A program made the translations under genes and the position numbers. This document shows positions 20,951 to 31,021 of a stretch of DNA of 64,000 nucleotides, piece by piece. The stretch's first letter is position 1. Each line of letters opens with the position of its first letter. The stretch is from Acidobacteriota bacterium (lineage in GTDB: Bacteria; Acidobacteriota; UBA6911; RPQK01; JAJDTT01). Below the pieces are notes generated by a model. The model made no database searches. It was not told the origin of the DNA and saw nothing but the letters and a program-made list of their open reading frames with translations. The stretch is from positions 1,088,001 to 1,152,000 of the forward strand of contig CBDCJH010000002.1 of assembly GCA_965217775.1 (NCBI GenBank). Direction: 5' to 3'.

Positions 20951-21193
20951 CCCGCATTTCTCCCCAGGGGGCGTGACGATCGCGCAGGATTTTCGCCCTC
21001 AGCGCGTGCTCGCGACCGAGAGCGTAGTGGTGACTACGTTTGAGGGAGCATGTGCGCGCTGAGGGCGAAAAGACCAGCGAGCGAGCGCCCAGCGCAGTAT
21101 GTCCCGGAGAAACCTTGGAAAATTCCGCGTAAATGCTCAAAAACAGATTATTTTTCATCATACGCGTAGCGACCTGGTGAGAAATTCGGGCTA
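20948..21193. mobile_element. MITE family A copy 2 (intact, 246 bp)
   Basis: Ends TAGCCCGCATTTCTCCCCAG / CTGGTGAGAAATTCGGGCTA. Reverse-complement match to 5479-5708 plus 7370-7387. Confidence 0.92.
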
Positions 21194-21222
21194 AGGAGAG
21201 ACCGGGAAAAGGGACGAGGCAG

Positions 21223-22515
21223 ATGTGGTTTCGGGCCTGTTTCCCGGTTCACCTTTTTTTGTTGCCGGTTTCCACCCTTGCGGCGGTGCAGTCCCCGCCC
21301 GAGCCTGACTTCAATCGAGATATTCTGCCCATCTTCCAACGCGAGTGTGTGGGTTGCCACAGCTCCACCCTGAAGCTGGGCGGATTGGTCCTGGAGAGCT
21401 ACCAGGACTTGATGACGGGGGGAGAGCAGGGAACCCCTCTGGTGCCGGGTCACGCCGATCAGAGCCTGCTGGTGAGGATGCTGGAGGGAACGGCTGAGCC
21501 CAGGATGCCCCTCAACGGCGAGTTGCCGGCCGAACAGATCCAACTGGTGCGAGCCTGGATCGACGCCAGCGCCCTCCCTCCGGTGACCCTGGAAACGGCC
21601 GCCGAAGCGGTCCCCATCCCGGACATTCCTCCCCAAGTTGAAGTCGAACCTCCGCTCGCGGCCCTGGGTTTCCATCCCGGGGGGAAGTTGTTGGCACGGG
21701 GCGGGTTCCGGAAGGTCGATCTCCTGGACTTGGCGGAGAATCGGACGATCCAAAGTCTCGAGGGCCCCCAAGACCTGGTTCGGAGTCTCAGTTTCAGCCG
21801 TGACGGAAAGCTGCTGGCGGCGGGAGGAGGAGCTCCAGCGCAGCAAGGTGAGATTCGCGTTTGGAGTCTGGACGGGTTTGGGCTCCAGACCGAGTTGAAA
21901 GGTCATTCGGACTGTGTCTACGCGTTGGATTTCAGTCCCGTCGGCCGAATTCTGGCCAGCTCCAGCTACGATCGGCTGATCCGGTTGTGGGATGTCGAAT
22001 CCGGGACCAGTCTCGGCACCCTGGAGGAACACAACGGGCCCGTCTATTCCATCGCTTTCCTGCCTTCGGGAAACGAACTGGTATCCGCTTCGGCGGACGG
22101 CACGGCGAAGGTCTGGGATGTCGCCTCGCGCCGGCGCCTCGTCACCCTCGCCGGAGCCGAGGGTCCCCTCTACGGCGTGGCCGTCCATCCGGAAGGCGGC
22201 CAGTTTGCGACTGCGGGTGGCGACGGGACCATCCGAGTGTGGGTCCGGGAGGGGGACGAGTGGCAGGTGAAGCGCTCCGTTGTGGCGCATCGGAGCGGTA
22301 CGGAGCACATCGTCTACTCCAGGGACGGACGGAGGATCGTCACCGGCGGCACCGATCGGGTGGTCAAGATCTGGGATTCGAACCCCCTGTCGCGCATCGG
22401 GGCCTGGGATCCTGAGCCCGACTCCATCTTGGCTCTGGCCCTGTCCGGCGACGGAAGCCTTGCTCTGGGACGTTATGACGGAGCCCTGAAACTCGTGGCC
22501 AACGCTGTGGAATAG
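21223..22515 (+). CDS. planctomycete-type cytochrome c domain plus WD40 repeat protein
   Basis: Signal peptide, DFNRDILPIF..CVGCH, VPG...S.L, RMP, RAWI, then GH...WD repeats. Confidence 0.88.
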   Translation: MWFRACFPVHLFLLPVSTLAAVQSPPEPDFNRDILPIFQRECVGCHSSTLKLGGLVLESYQDLMTGGEQGTPLVPGHADQSLLVRMLEGTAEPRMPLNGELPAEQIQLVRAWIDASALPPVTLETAAEAVPIPDIPPQVEVEPPLAALGFHPGGKLLARGGFRKVDLLDLAENRTIQSLEGPQDLVRSLSFSRDGKLLAAGGGAPAQQGEIRVWSLDGFGLQTELKGHSDCVYALDFSPVGRILASSSYDRLIRLWDVESGTSLGTLEEHNGPVYSIAFLPSGNELVSASADGTAKVWDVASRRRLVTLAGAEGPLYGVAVHPEGGQFATAGGDGTIRVWVREGDEWQVKRSVVAHRSGTEHIVYSRDGRRIVTGGTDRVVKIWDSNPLSRIGAWDPEPDSILALALSGDGSLALGRYDGALKLVANAVE

Positions 22516-22539
22516 CTGGACATACTGGCCGCCGCCTAG

Positions 22540-22698
22540 GAGCCTGCGCGGCAGAAATTGATCTACTGCGAAAGCGGTAGAATCGGTCCGGATTTCCCCG
22601 ATTTCTCGGCGAATAGAACAACTATGCACCTCAAAATCGAGAAAATCTGGCCTCGATTCCCCACTTTCTCGCTACGATCATTTCTACCGCGCAGACTC
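22540..22698. mobile_element. MITE family C (159 bp) between CTAG duplications
   Basis: CTAG at 22536-22539 and 22699-22702. Imperfect TIR GAGCCTGCGCGGCAGAAATTGATC / GATCATTTCTACCGCGCAGACTC. Internal hairpins. Confidence 0.75.
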
Positions 22699-22759
22699 CT
22701 AGCGACACATGAACCGGCAGCCGGACGCGGGCGCCGGACGGAGTGACCTGACCGTGGGC

Positions 22760-24037
22760 ATGGATTTTTCGGCGTTCGGACGGCGGCTGTTGGGCGACTC
22801 GGGGACTTGGTCGCTGATGGACGACCTCGGCGGAATTGCTGCGTCCGGCGGCTCGATCATGAATCTTGGAGGAGGCAATCCCAGCCTCGTCCCGGCCGCC
22901 GTAGTCCGGTTTCGCCGCCGCATGCAGGCACTGCTGGAGCGGGAAGGGGCGTTCGAGCGGGCGATCGGCTTCTACGGTGGGCCCGACGGAGACCGGAATT
23001 TCGCCCGCGCCCTGGCCCGATTCCTGCGGAGAGAGCTCGGCTGGGAGATCAGGGAGCGCAACATCGCCCTGACCAACGGGAGCCAATCCGCCTTCCTGCC
23101 CCTGTTCAATCTCCTGGCCGGCCCGATGGAGGCCGGCCGGCCGATGCGCCGCATCCTGCTGCCGTTGGCGCCGGAGTACATCGGCTACGCGGACCTGGGG
23201 CTCACGCCCGGTCTCTTGACCGCTTGCCGTTCGACCATCCATGAGCTGGACGACAAGCTCTTCAAATACGGGGTGGACTTCGAAGGACTGGACGGTGTCG
23301 AGGACATTGGAGCGATCTGCGTGTCCCGTCCGTCCAATCCGACCGGCAACGTGGTCACCGACTTGGAGGTCGACCGGCTCCGCGCCGCCGCCCGTTCCCG
23401 CGGTGTGCCCCTGATCCTGGACACCGCCTACGGATCGCCGTTCCCGGGCATCGTCTTCGGTCGGGAGACCCCCGTGTGGGACGAGCAGATGGTGGTCTGC
23501 ATGAGTCTGTCGAAACTCGGACTGCCCGGATTGCGCACAGGCATCGTGATTGCGAACGAGGAGATCGTCGCGGCGTTGGCCGCCGCCACGGCCATCTTCT
23601 GCCTGTCTCCGGGCCGGCTCGGACCCGCCCTCGCCACCGATCTGATCGAGAGCGGCGAGGTGCTGACGCTGGTCCGGGAGGTCATCCGGCCCCACTACGC
23701 GGAGCGCGCGGAGCGCGCCGTGGACCGGCTCCGCGCCGGGCTGGAGGACTATCCGATTCGCATCCACAAACCCGAGGGGGCGTTTTTCCTCTGGCTCTGG
23801 ATGCCGGGTCTCCCCATGACCAATGCCGCGCTCTACAAACGGCTCAAAGCGCGCGGCGTCATCGTCGTGTCGGGCCACTACTTCTTTCCCGGGCTCGAGG
23901 ACGACGACTGGCCGCACAAACGGGAATGTATCCGCATCAGTTATGCCGACGACTGGGACCGAATCGAACGCGGGCTCGACATCATCGTGGAGGAAGTGCG
24001 CCGGGCATACGACGGATCGCCGCCGGTCTCCCCATGA
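22760..24037 (+). CDS. avtA: valine--pyruvate aminotransferase
   Basis: LMDDL, LGGGNP, NIALTNGSQSAF, PEYIGYAD, FKYGVDF, CVSRPSNPTGNV, SLSKLGLPG (PLP Lys), RIHKPEGAFFLWLW. Alternative start at 22709. Confidence 0.92.
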   Translation: MDFSAFGRRLLGDSGTWSLMDDLGGIAASGGSIMNLGGGNPSLVPAAVVRFRRRMQALLEREGAFERAIGFYGGPDGDRNFARALARFLRRELGWEIRERNIALTNGSQSAFLPLFNLLAGPMEAGRPMRRILLPLAPEYIGYADLGLTPGLLTACRSTIHELDDKLFKYGVDFEGLDGVEDIGAICVSRPSNPTGNVVTDLEVDRLRAAARSRGVPLILDTAYGSPFPGIVFGRETPVWDEQMVVCMSLSKLGLPGLRTGIVIANEEIVAALAAATAIFCLSPGRLGPALATDLIESGEVLTLVREVIRPHYAERAERAVDRLRAGLEDYPIRIHKPEGAFFLWLWMPGLPMTNAALYKRLKARGVIVVSGHYFFPGLEDDDWPHKRECIRISYADDWDRIERGLDIIVEEVRRAYDGSPPVSP

Positions 24038-24131
24038 AGTCTTTGGCCTCGAGGTCCACCCGCTTTGGAAATCATTCTGACGGCGGGGTCCATCTCTGTT
24101 ATCCTTCTGTCGAGCCGATAGAGCTTTAATC

Positions 24132-25142
24132 ATGGCTGATCAAATTTTCGACATGCCCGAGTTTCGTCCTCCGAGGATCAATTGGAGGTACGTCCGACTA
24201 GGATTCCTGGTCATTTGTGTGGTGGTTCTGGCCTTTGGGACCGTCTATCAGGTGCAGCCGGAAGAGGTCGGAGTGGTCCTGTTTTTCGGGCAGCACGTTC
24301 GCACCGCCCAGCCGGGACTTCGCTTCAAGCTCCCCTTCATGGAAGACGTGCTGAAGGTCCCGGTGCAGCGCCAGCTCAAGCAGGAATTCGGGTTTCGGAC
24401 CACCCAGCCGGAGATCCGGACCCGCTATGCCTCCAAGCGGTTCCTGGACGAGTCGTTGATGCTCACCGGAGATCTGAACGTGGCGGTGGTGGAGTGGATC
24501 GTCCAGTTCCGGATCACCGATCCATTCCTCTTTCTCTTCAGGGTCCGGAACGTTCAGGAGACGTTTCGGGACATGAACGAAGCGGTGATGCGCGAGGTGG
24601 TGGGGGATCGGACCGTCACCGAGGTCTTGACCGTGGGCCGCCAGGAAATCGAGGACATCGCGGAGCAGAAGTTGCAGGAACTCTGCAGGCAGTATGAGAC
24701 CGGAATCACCGTGGACCAGGTCGTCTTGCAGAACGTGAATCCGCCCGATCCTGTCAAGCCGTCGTGGGACGAAGTGAACCAGGCCCAGCAACAGATGGAC
24801 CGCCTCATCAACGAGGCTCGCGCCGAGTACAACAAGGTGATCCCCCGGGCCAAGGGTGAAGCGGAACAGGCCGTCCTGCAGGCTCAGGGTTACGCCCTCG
24901 AGCGCGTCAACGAAGCCAAGGGGGATGCCTCCCGCTTCAAGTCTCTGCACGACGCCTACCGCCGGGCGCCCGAGGTCACCCGGCGGCGGATGTACCTGGA
25001 GACCATGCAGAAGATCCTGCCTCGTTCGGGTCGCAAACTGTTTCTGGACCAGGATGCGGACGGCGTCGTTCCGCTGCTGCCCATGGAGTCGCTGGAGAAG
25101 ATGATATCGGGTCGTTCACAAGCGGAGGGATCGGGCCCATGA
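24132..25142 (+). CDS. hflK: FtsH protease modulator HflK
   Basis: KQEFGFRT, ESLMLTGDLNVAVVEW, QNVNPPDPVK, VIPRAKGEA, RRMYLETM. Confidence 0.93.
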   Translation: MADQIFDMPEFRPPRINWRYVRLGFLVICVVVLAFGTVYQVQPEEVGVVLFFGQHVRTAQPGLRFKLPFMEDVLKVPVQRQLKQEFGFRTTQPEIRTRYASKRFLDESLMLTGDLNVAVVEWIVQFRITDPFLFLFRVRNVQETFRDMNEAVMREVVGDRTVTEVLTVGRQEIEDIAEQKLQELCRQYETGITVDQVVLQNVNPPDPVKPSWDEVNQAQQQMDRLINEARAEYNKVIPRAKGEAEQAVLQAQGYALERVNEAKGDASRFKSLHDAYRRAPEVTRRRMYLETMQKILPRSGRKLFLDQDADGVVPLLPMESLEKMISGRSQAEGSGP

Positions 25143-26068
25143 AGCGCCGACATCTGTATCTACTCCTGGGTGTGGCCATCCTGGCCCTGGTGGTGGACGG
25201 CACCTACGTCACGAACGAAGCCGAGCAGGTCATCATCACCCAGTTGGGTAGACCGGTCGGAGACCCGGTCACCGATCCGGGTCTTCACCTGAAACTTCCC
25301 TTCATCCAGACGGCCAACTATTTCGACAAGCGATTCCTGGAGTGGGACGGCGACGCGGACCAGATGCCGACCAAGGACAAGCGATTCATCTGGGTGGACA
25401 CCTACGCCAGGTGGCGCATCAGCGATCCGCTCCGATTCCTGGAGAGGATGCGGGACGAACCCAGGGCCCAGTCCCGGCTGGACGACATTCTGGACGGCGA
25501 GACCCGCAACGCCATCGCTCGCCACGAACTGGTGGAGGTGGTCCGGACCAGCAACCGGCAGGCCCAGGAAACCCAGGAGTCAGCCGAGGAGGAGACCTCG
25601 GTCCTCGAGATCATCGAGACCGGCCGCCAGGCAATTACCCGGGAGATTCTGGAGACGGCCACTCCCAAGGTGGCCGACTTCGGGATTGAGCTCATCGATC
25701 TTCAGCTCAAGCGGATCAATTATGTGGAAGAGGTCCAGAAGGACGTCTTCGCCCGCATGATCGCCGAGCGCAACCGAATCGCGGAGCGCTATCGCTCGGA
25801 GGGTCAGGGCCAGGCCGCCCGGATCCGGGGCGAGCGGGAGAGAGAACTGCAGCGGATTCAGTCGGAAGCGTACAAGACCGCTCAGGAGACCCGAGGCAGG
25901 GCGGACGGAGAAGCCACTCAGATCTACGCCGAAGCGTACAACCGGGATGCCTCCTTTTACGCCTTCATGAAGAGCATGGAGACGTACGAGCGGGGCGTCG
26001 ACGCCAAGACGATCCTGATCCTCACCACCAAGGGCGAGTTGCTCAGGCATCTCCAACGGGCTCAGTAA
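25139..26068 (+). CDS. hflC: FtsH protease modulator HflC
   Basis: PTKDKRFIWVDTYARWRI, KRINYVEEV, RMIAER, FYAFMKSMETY. ATGA overlap with hflK. Confidence 0.93.
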   Translation: MKRRHLYLLLGVAILALVVDGTYVTNEAEQVIITQLGRPVGDPVTDPGLHLKLPFIQTANYFDKRFLEWDGDADQMPTKDKRFIWVDTYARWRISDPLRFLERMRDEPRAQSRLDDILDGETRNAIARHELVEVVRTSNRQAQETQESAEEETSVLEIIETGRQAITREILETATPKVADFGIELIDLQLKRINYVEEVQKDVFARMIAERNRIAERYRSEGQGQAARIRGERERELQRIQSEAYKTAQETRGRADGEATQIYAEAYNRDASFYAFMKSMETYERGVDAKTILILTTKGELLRHLQRAQ

Positions 26069-26086
26069 GCCCGGCCCCAATTCGAG

Positions 26087-27544
26087 CTAATCGGCGAATC
26101 GCCAGGCCGGAACCGGTTTTCCCGAGGAGTGGACCTCCTCGAGATAGGCTCCGGACTGGGGGGCCGGTCCCAACTGGCGGACGATCTCTCCGTACTCCAA
26201 AATCCGGGTCACCATGACGTTGTGCCAGCGTCCGTCCCGCAGTCTCAGATTCACTGCCATGGGATGATCCACGTTCCAATTGGAGCCTCCGGGAGGAGTG
26301 CCGAATTCGCTCCGGCAGTCGCGGGCGATGATGGGTGTCTCCAGGCCCGTTCGGTCCGCGCGCAGAGGCCACAGCGCCAGAGCTTCGCGCGACCAACCGC
26401 CGCCTCGTGGATTCCCCCGGCGGTCCCGGGGGAGGCGGTAGGTGTGGGGCCAGGGATGCATCTGAACCTGATAGATGTTGGACGCCACGTAGAGAGTGCC
26501 GTCGGTGGCCCGGTTGAGGCAGATGGGTGTGCTGCCGACGATCCCCCGGACGTAGATGATCTGTTCCCAACTCCGGCCCTGATCCCGGGAACGCCAGATG
26601 CGCACGTCGTTGTAATCCGGCTCCTTGCCGCCGCGCACGCAGAAGAGGAGGGAACCGTCCAGGTCGCGCGCCACGCTGGGTTCGAAGGAGTTGTCCCCTC
26701 CGGTCACGGGAATGACGTCTGCCGCTTCCCATCGTCCGTTCCGATGCGTCCAGCGCACCAGCACCGCTCCGGTGGGTTCCGATGGCATGGTACCGGAGGG
26801 AGGCAGAGGCGCCGCCACCATCCCCAGGACCAGGTCGTCTCCGTCTGGGATGGCCGGGCTCAGGCCGCGGTTCGTGACCCGCCAGCCGGAAATGAGCTCG
26901 GTTTCCCCCACCTTGCGGGTCTCCGCCACCCGGAACGCCTCGCCGTCGAACGCGTATTGTTGAACCTCGAAATATCTGTATCTCTCATCTCCCTCGAAGG
27001 GTTCGACCCCCCGAGGATTGTCGAAATGCCAGACCTCGCCCCCGGACGGATCGGACTCGGCGGCCGGCCATCCGATAGCGCTGGCCACGCCGAACCCGGT
27101 CCCGCCCTGTTCGTATTCGGACCCGTCCACCCGCCTTGCCCCCAGGGGAAAGAACCCGCCCTGGACCGGATACTTGACCATGACGGCCGGCTTTCCGGGG
27201 GGGTGGGAGTTGGGATTGGGTTCGAGGTGATTTCGAGAGAGGACGACGGCCCGGGAGGCCCGGACGTCAGAGAGGTCGTCGAACAGGACCCCGTCGGTGC
27301 CGATCTCGAAATCGACTCCGGGACCATATTCTCGGCGGATGCCGCAAAAAAGAATCGCTTGGCGAGGGCCGACTTGGTAGGTGGCGCCCAATCCGTATCG
27401 CCAAGTGGCATTGACAGGCTGGCTCGGCGGCACCTGAATGTCGGGGCCGCCGCGGGTGATGCCGATGATGCCGGCCGCAGAAACCGGGACGGCCGCCATC
27501 ATTCCGGAACAAAGACACAGTAAAACCGCAGTCTTTCTGCTCAT
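26087..27544 (-). CDS. secreted hypothetical protein with sialidase/BNR-like repeat
   Basis: Signal peptide from ATG 27544, SFEPSV motif, Asp-box-like WRSRDQGRSW. Confidence 0.6.
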   Translation of the reverse strand: MSRKTAVLLCLCSGMMAAVPVSAAGIIGITRGGPDIQVPPSQPVNATWRYGLGATYQVGPRQAILFCGIRREYGPGVDFEIGTDGVLFDDLSDVRASRAVVLSRNHLEPNPNSHPPGKPAVMVKYPVQGGFFPLGARRVDGSEYEQGGTGFGVASAIGWPAAESDPSGGEVWHFDNPRGVEPFEGDERYRYFEVQQYAFDGEAFRVAETRKVGETELISGWRVTNRGLSPAIPDGDDLVLGMVAAPLPPSGTMPSEPTGAVLVRWTHRNGRWEAADVIPVTGGDNSFEPSVARDLDGSLLFCVRGGKEPDYNDVRIWRSRDQGRSWEQIIYVRGIVGSTPICLNRATDGTLYVASNIYQVQMHPWPHTYRLPRDRRGNPRGGGWSREALALWPLRADRTGLETPIIARDCRSEFGTPPGGSNWNVDHPMAVNLRLRDGRWHNVMVTRILEYGEIVRQLGPAPQSGAYLEEVHSSGKPVPAWRFAD

Positions 27545-27575
27545 TTCCGTCCTTCCTCTCGGTTCAGAAATTTCG

Positions 27576-28739
27576 CTACCTTTGCGGGGTTTCACTCCGG
27601 CCAAGGCCCGCCCAGTGGATGCCCGCGCTCCCGTGGTCATACTTCCGGTAGTGATCCGCCAAGACGTCGAAGCCGAAATCGTTCTCGTAGTCCCGCCAGA
27701 CCGAATGACTGTGGTTGCTCAGGTTCTGGGTGTTGTCGTATTCGATGAGGAAGGTGGGCGCCTGGACGCGATAGTAGTTGCCCCTGGCCTCCCGGTTCCC
27801 GGTGGTCCTGCCGCCGATGGGAACGGCCTTGGGCTGGGGTCGGCCGATTTGCCCCGCCCAGGCGAAGTAGAGCTGATCCCGGGGCGTTTCCCGAGCGGAC
27901 TTCAGGCGGCGGGCCGCCACTTCCTGGGGCATGTTGCCGGCGTATTCGCCGACGAGCTCCATCAGGCTCTCATATTGAGACTGGGTCATCTTCGACGCCG
28001 GCAGCCCCTGGGGAGCGCCCTCCAGCGTGGCCCGGCGATCCGCCATGGTCAGGATGTCCTCGGGCGCCACTTCCTGGTAGATGGCCTGCCCCTGCCGCTC
28101 CGGATCCAGGCTCTTGAGCAAGGCAACCGCCAGATCCTCCTCCCGTTCCAACACTCTCATCCCCTTGTGGGCTCCCTGGGCCACTTCGTGGGGATTGGCT
28201 CCGAAGAAGGTGGGACTGGATGAGATGAGCTTGCCGTCCTGGAGGGTGTAGTGCACCGAGAGGTGGTGTCCCTCCACCCGCCAGCCCCAGTTGCCCTTGT
28301 CCCCAGGGGTTCCGAAGATGGAGAAATGGAACCTCTCGGCGTCCCGGTGGCCCGTGTGATCGTCCTCGATGGCTCGGATGATCTCTTCCATGCTCATGAC
28401 CCGGGTCGCCTTGGCGAAACCGCTGCGGCTCAGCCCCGAAGCCAGCAGGGCGCTGGCCAGGTGTTTCTGCATGGGGTTCATCTGTTTGAAGGTGATGCCG
28501 TTGCGGACGTAGCCGTGGACCCGGGTGAATCCCCCTTCGGGAAAGTAATGCCAGTCGGCGCGGTGATCGGCGTCGAACGGGAAGAGTGTGTAGGATCTCT
28601 GGACCCGGTCCAGGGACTGGGACAGGACCTGGGCGGCGTCACGCATGAGCGCTTCGGTCGTCCGCGTCCCGTGGTTGGCTACCAGAGCGGCACCGGAAAA
28701 GAGCAGGGCCGCCAACCAGATTCGCAAGTGTTTTCTCAT
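27576..28739 (-). CDS. DUF3500-domain protein
   Basis: WHYFP, FSIFGTP, WGWRVEGHHLS, PTFFGANP, YFAWAG, YYRVQAPTFLIEYDN, HSHSVWRD. Confidence 0.88.
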   Translation of the reverse strand: MRKHLRIWLAALLFSGAALVANHGTRTTEALMRDAAQVLSQSLDRVQRSYTLFPFDADHRADWHYFPEGGFTRVHGYVRNGITFKQMNPMQKHLASALLASGLSRSGFAKATRVMSMEEIIRAIEDDHTGHRDAERFHFSIFGTPGDKGNWGWRVEGHHLSVHYTLQDGKLISSSPTFFGANPHEVAQGAHKGMRVLEREEDLAVALLKSLDPERQGQAIYQEVAPEDILTMADRRATLEGAPQGLPASKMTQSQYESLMELVGEYAGNMPQEVAARRLKSARETPRDQLYFAWAGQIGRPQPKAVPIGGRTTGNREARGNYYRVQAPTFLIEYDNTQNLSNHSHSVWRDYENDFGFDVLADHYRKYDHGSAGIHWAGLGRSETPQR

Positions 28740-28834
28740 GTTTTTCCTCTCTCTGGGATCAGGTCCGGACTAAGACGGGTTCGACCCGGGTGACACCCGC
28801 CCAGTCTACCAGAGTCCCGTCCCCGCGACCCACG

Positions 28835-30361
28835 TCAACCCGTCCGAAACCGGCGGAGATATTGGTGAACGTAGCTCGCCAGACTTCCGACCAGCAGATT
28901 CGCCGCCAGGGCAAACGGTCCGATCCAGATGAAGCTCACCGGGTCGTAGCCGGTCTCCGGATCGAATCCGAAGATGGGTCCGGAGTAGGCCACCAGGACG
29001 GCCGTCGTGATGCCGGCCACGGTTCCGCAGACCACACCCAGGGGGGTGGCGAAGGGGACGAAGAAAGCGAAGAAGAAGAGAGCGAACAGTGGAGTCGAAA
29101 GCAGCCCCGACGTCTTCTGGCCGACCGCCCAGATGTTTCCCGGCACGTTGTCTATAAGGGACCCGCCCACCACCACGATCGTACCGATCGAGAACGCCAT
29201 GATCTTGGCCAAGCGGATCCGGGCGCGCCGGCTGTCCGGCAATCTCCCGAAACGGTGCAGAAAATCGCGGCTGACCACGGCAGTAATGGAGTTGACGCCC
29301 GAGTCGACGCTGGACATGGCGGCGGCGAAAATCGCCGACACCACCAGCCCCGAGATGCCGGGAGGCAGCACGTAGGCAATGAAATAGGGAAAGACACTGT
29401 CGGCCCCCGGGCCGACGTTGATGCTGGAGGGAAGCGTCCGAGCCGCCTGCTGCACGTACCCCAGTAGGGCGAGCCCGGTGGTCCAGAGAGTGAGCACGAC
29501 AGCGAGACCTGCAATGATATTGGCGATAAAGGAGCGCCGAGCGGCCTTCAGGCTCCCCGTGGCCATATATCTTTGGACGTGGCTCTGGTCGGAGGCGGCT
29601 CCACAGATGCTCTCGAGGGTGACGTAGATCACCGATCCGAATACGGTGACCCGAACCGCCGGGTCGAAGCTGAACCAAGGCTGGTGGTCCCAATGGGGCT
29701 GCCAGGAGGTCGGGATCCAGGTGACGGCGCCCAGTTGGTAGGTCACGATCCCGATCACCAGCCAGGCTCCTCCCAGCATGAGGGTCAGTTGGAGGGTGTC
29801 CGTGATGACGACGGTTCGCAGACCCCCGACCGACGTGTAGATCACGGCGACGAATCCCGTTACCAGGATGACGACTGGAATCCACGATTCGTCCACGCCC
29901 AACATGACGGTCATGGCCCGGGCCGACAGGTAGACGAGAAGCGACATCCAGATCAGGCGCGAAAAGAGGAATATGGCGGCGCCCAGGAGCCGGATCCGCA
30001 AACCCAGTCTCTCTTCCAGGTACTCGTAGGCACTCGTGACGCGCCGGCGCATGTAGAGCGGAAGGAAGACGTATCCCATGACCAGGTAGAGGATGGGATA
30101 GACCATGAAGTTGTTGAACATGGCTCCCGGGCCCTTGCCGATGGCCTCGCCGGGGACCGCCAGGTAGGAGATGGTGCTCAGACCGGTCGCGAAGATGGAG
30201 AACCCCACCAGGGTGGAATTCATGCGCCCGCTACCGGTGAAGTATTCGTTGAGGCTGGTCTGACGGCGGCCGTAAAAATAGCCCAAGACGAGTGTGCCCA
30301 GCGCGTAGAGGGCGATGATCGCCCAGTCGATACCTGCGAGTCCCGCGCCGGAACTATTCAC
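28835..30361 (-). CDS. sodium:solute symporter (SSS family)
   Basis: IDWAII, EYF, SIFAT.LSTISYLAVPG, SAYEYLEERLG, GGLRTVVITD, DQSHVQRY, AAAMSSVDS. Many TM helices. Confidence 0.92.
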   Translation of the reverse strand: MNSSGAGLAGIDWAIIALYALGTLVLGYFYGRRQTSLNEYFTGSGRMNSTLVGFSIFATGLSTISYLAVPGEAIGKGPGAMFNNFMVYPILYLVMGYVFLPLYMRRRVTSAYEYLEERLGLRIRLLGAAIFLFSRLIWMSLLVYLSARAMTVMLGVDESWIPVVILVTGFVAVIYTSVGGLRTVVITDTLQLTLMLGGAWLVIGIVTYQLGAVTWIPTSWQPHWDHQPWFSFDPAVRVTVFGSVIYVTLESICGAASDQSHVQRYMATGSLKAARRSFIANIIAGLAVVLTLWTTGLALLGYVQQAARTLPSSINVGPGADSVFPYFIAYVLPPGISGLVVSAIFAAAMSSVDSGVNSITAVVSRDFLHRFGRLPDSRRARIRLAKIMAFSIGTIVVVGGSLIDNVPGNIWAVGQKTSGLLSTPLFALFFFAFFVPFATPLGVVCGTVAGITTAVLVAYSGPIFGFDPETGYDPVSFIWIGPFALAANLLVGSLASYVHQYLRRFRTG

Positions 30362-30779
30362 GGAGCCCTTCTCGCTCTGGATTGAAGGCTCCGGCCTCGG
30401 TTGCCGACGCCCGGGAGCGATCCCGCAGGCTGAGCCCGACGCCGCCGGCAACGGAGGTCAGGAAGGCGCCGACGATGACGGGTTCCAGAACCGGATCCGG
30501 TATCTCCAGACCAGTCCCTTCCCTGATCAGAAAGCCGATGTAGTTGTGGGGCAGGTTGAGCTCACCCAGCGATCGCCGGACCTGCCAGTGCCAGTCGGTG
30601 CAGATGCAGTATCCCCACCCTCGCCAATAGCCGAGTCCGAACCAGGAAATAGCGGTCAGGCCCAGTGCCGCCAGGCTATACCGCCGGGTCCGGGACCAGA
30701 TCCAACCCAGAACCACCAAGAGGATCCAGAGGGAATGGAAAAGGAGGAAAAAGACGTCCAGAAGTTGAAGGAAGCTCAT
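30354..30779 (-). CDS. DUF2784-family membrane protein
   Basis: FH..., GWGYCICTDWHWQVR, YI motif with 3-4 TM helices. Confidence 0.75.
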   Translation of the reverse strand: MSFLQLLDVFFLLFHSLWILLVVLGWIWSRTRRYSLAALGLTAISWFGLGYWRGWGYCICTDWHWQVRRSLGELNLPHNYIGFLIREGTGLEIPDPVLEPVIVGAFLTSVAGGVGLSLRDRSRASATEAGAFNPEREGLRE

Positions 30780-31021
30780 CGTTTCCTTCCGTTTGCAACG
30801 GCTCCCGTCAACTCTCCTATTTCAATCAGACGTCGCTGAACGATACTGTTTGGAGCATTTTGCCGCAAATTGTGCGCCGCGACGTCGGCAGATTCCGCAT
30901 CTTCCCTGTTGCCCGGATACCTCCTCTTTTGGCTTCTCTCTTTCCTATTTTTCTCTTTTCTCTTTTCCTCATCCCCGCCTTGATTCCGTTTCGGGAAATA
31001 TGACAAGATTCGCGCCCGAAT

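Noticed and set aside
30915-30975. Pyrimidine-rich tract upstream of frdA as riboswitch or FNR site
   Set aside because: No recognizable aptamer and no complete TTGAT-N4-ATCAA motif.
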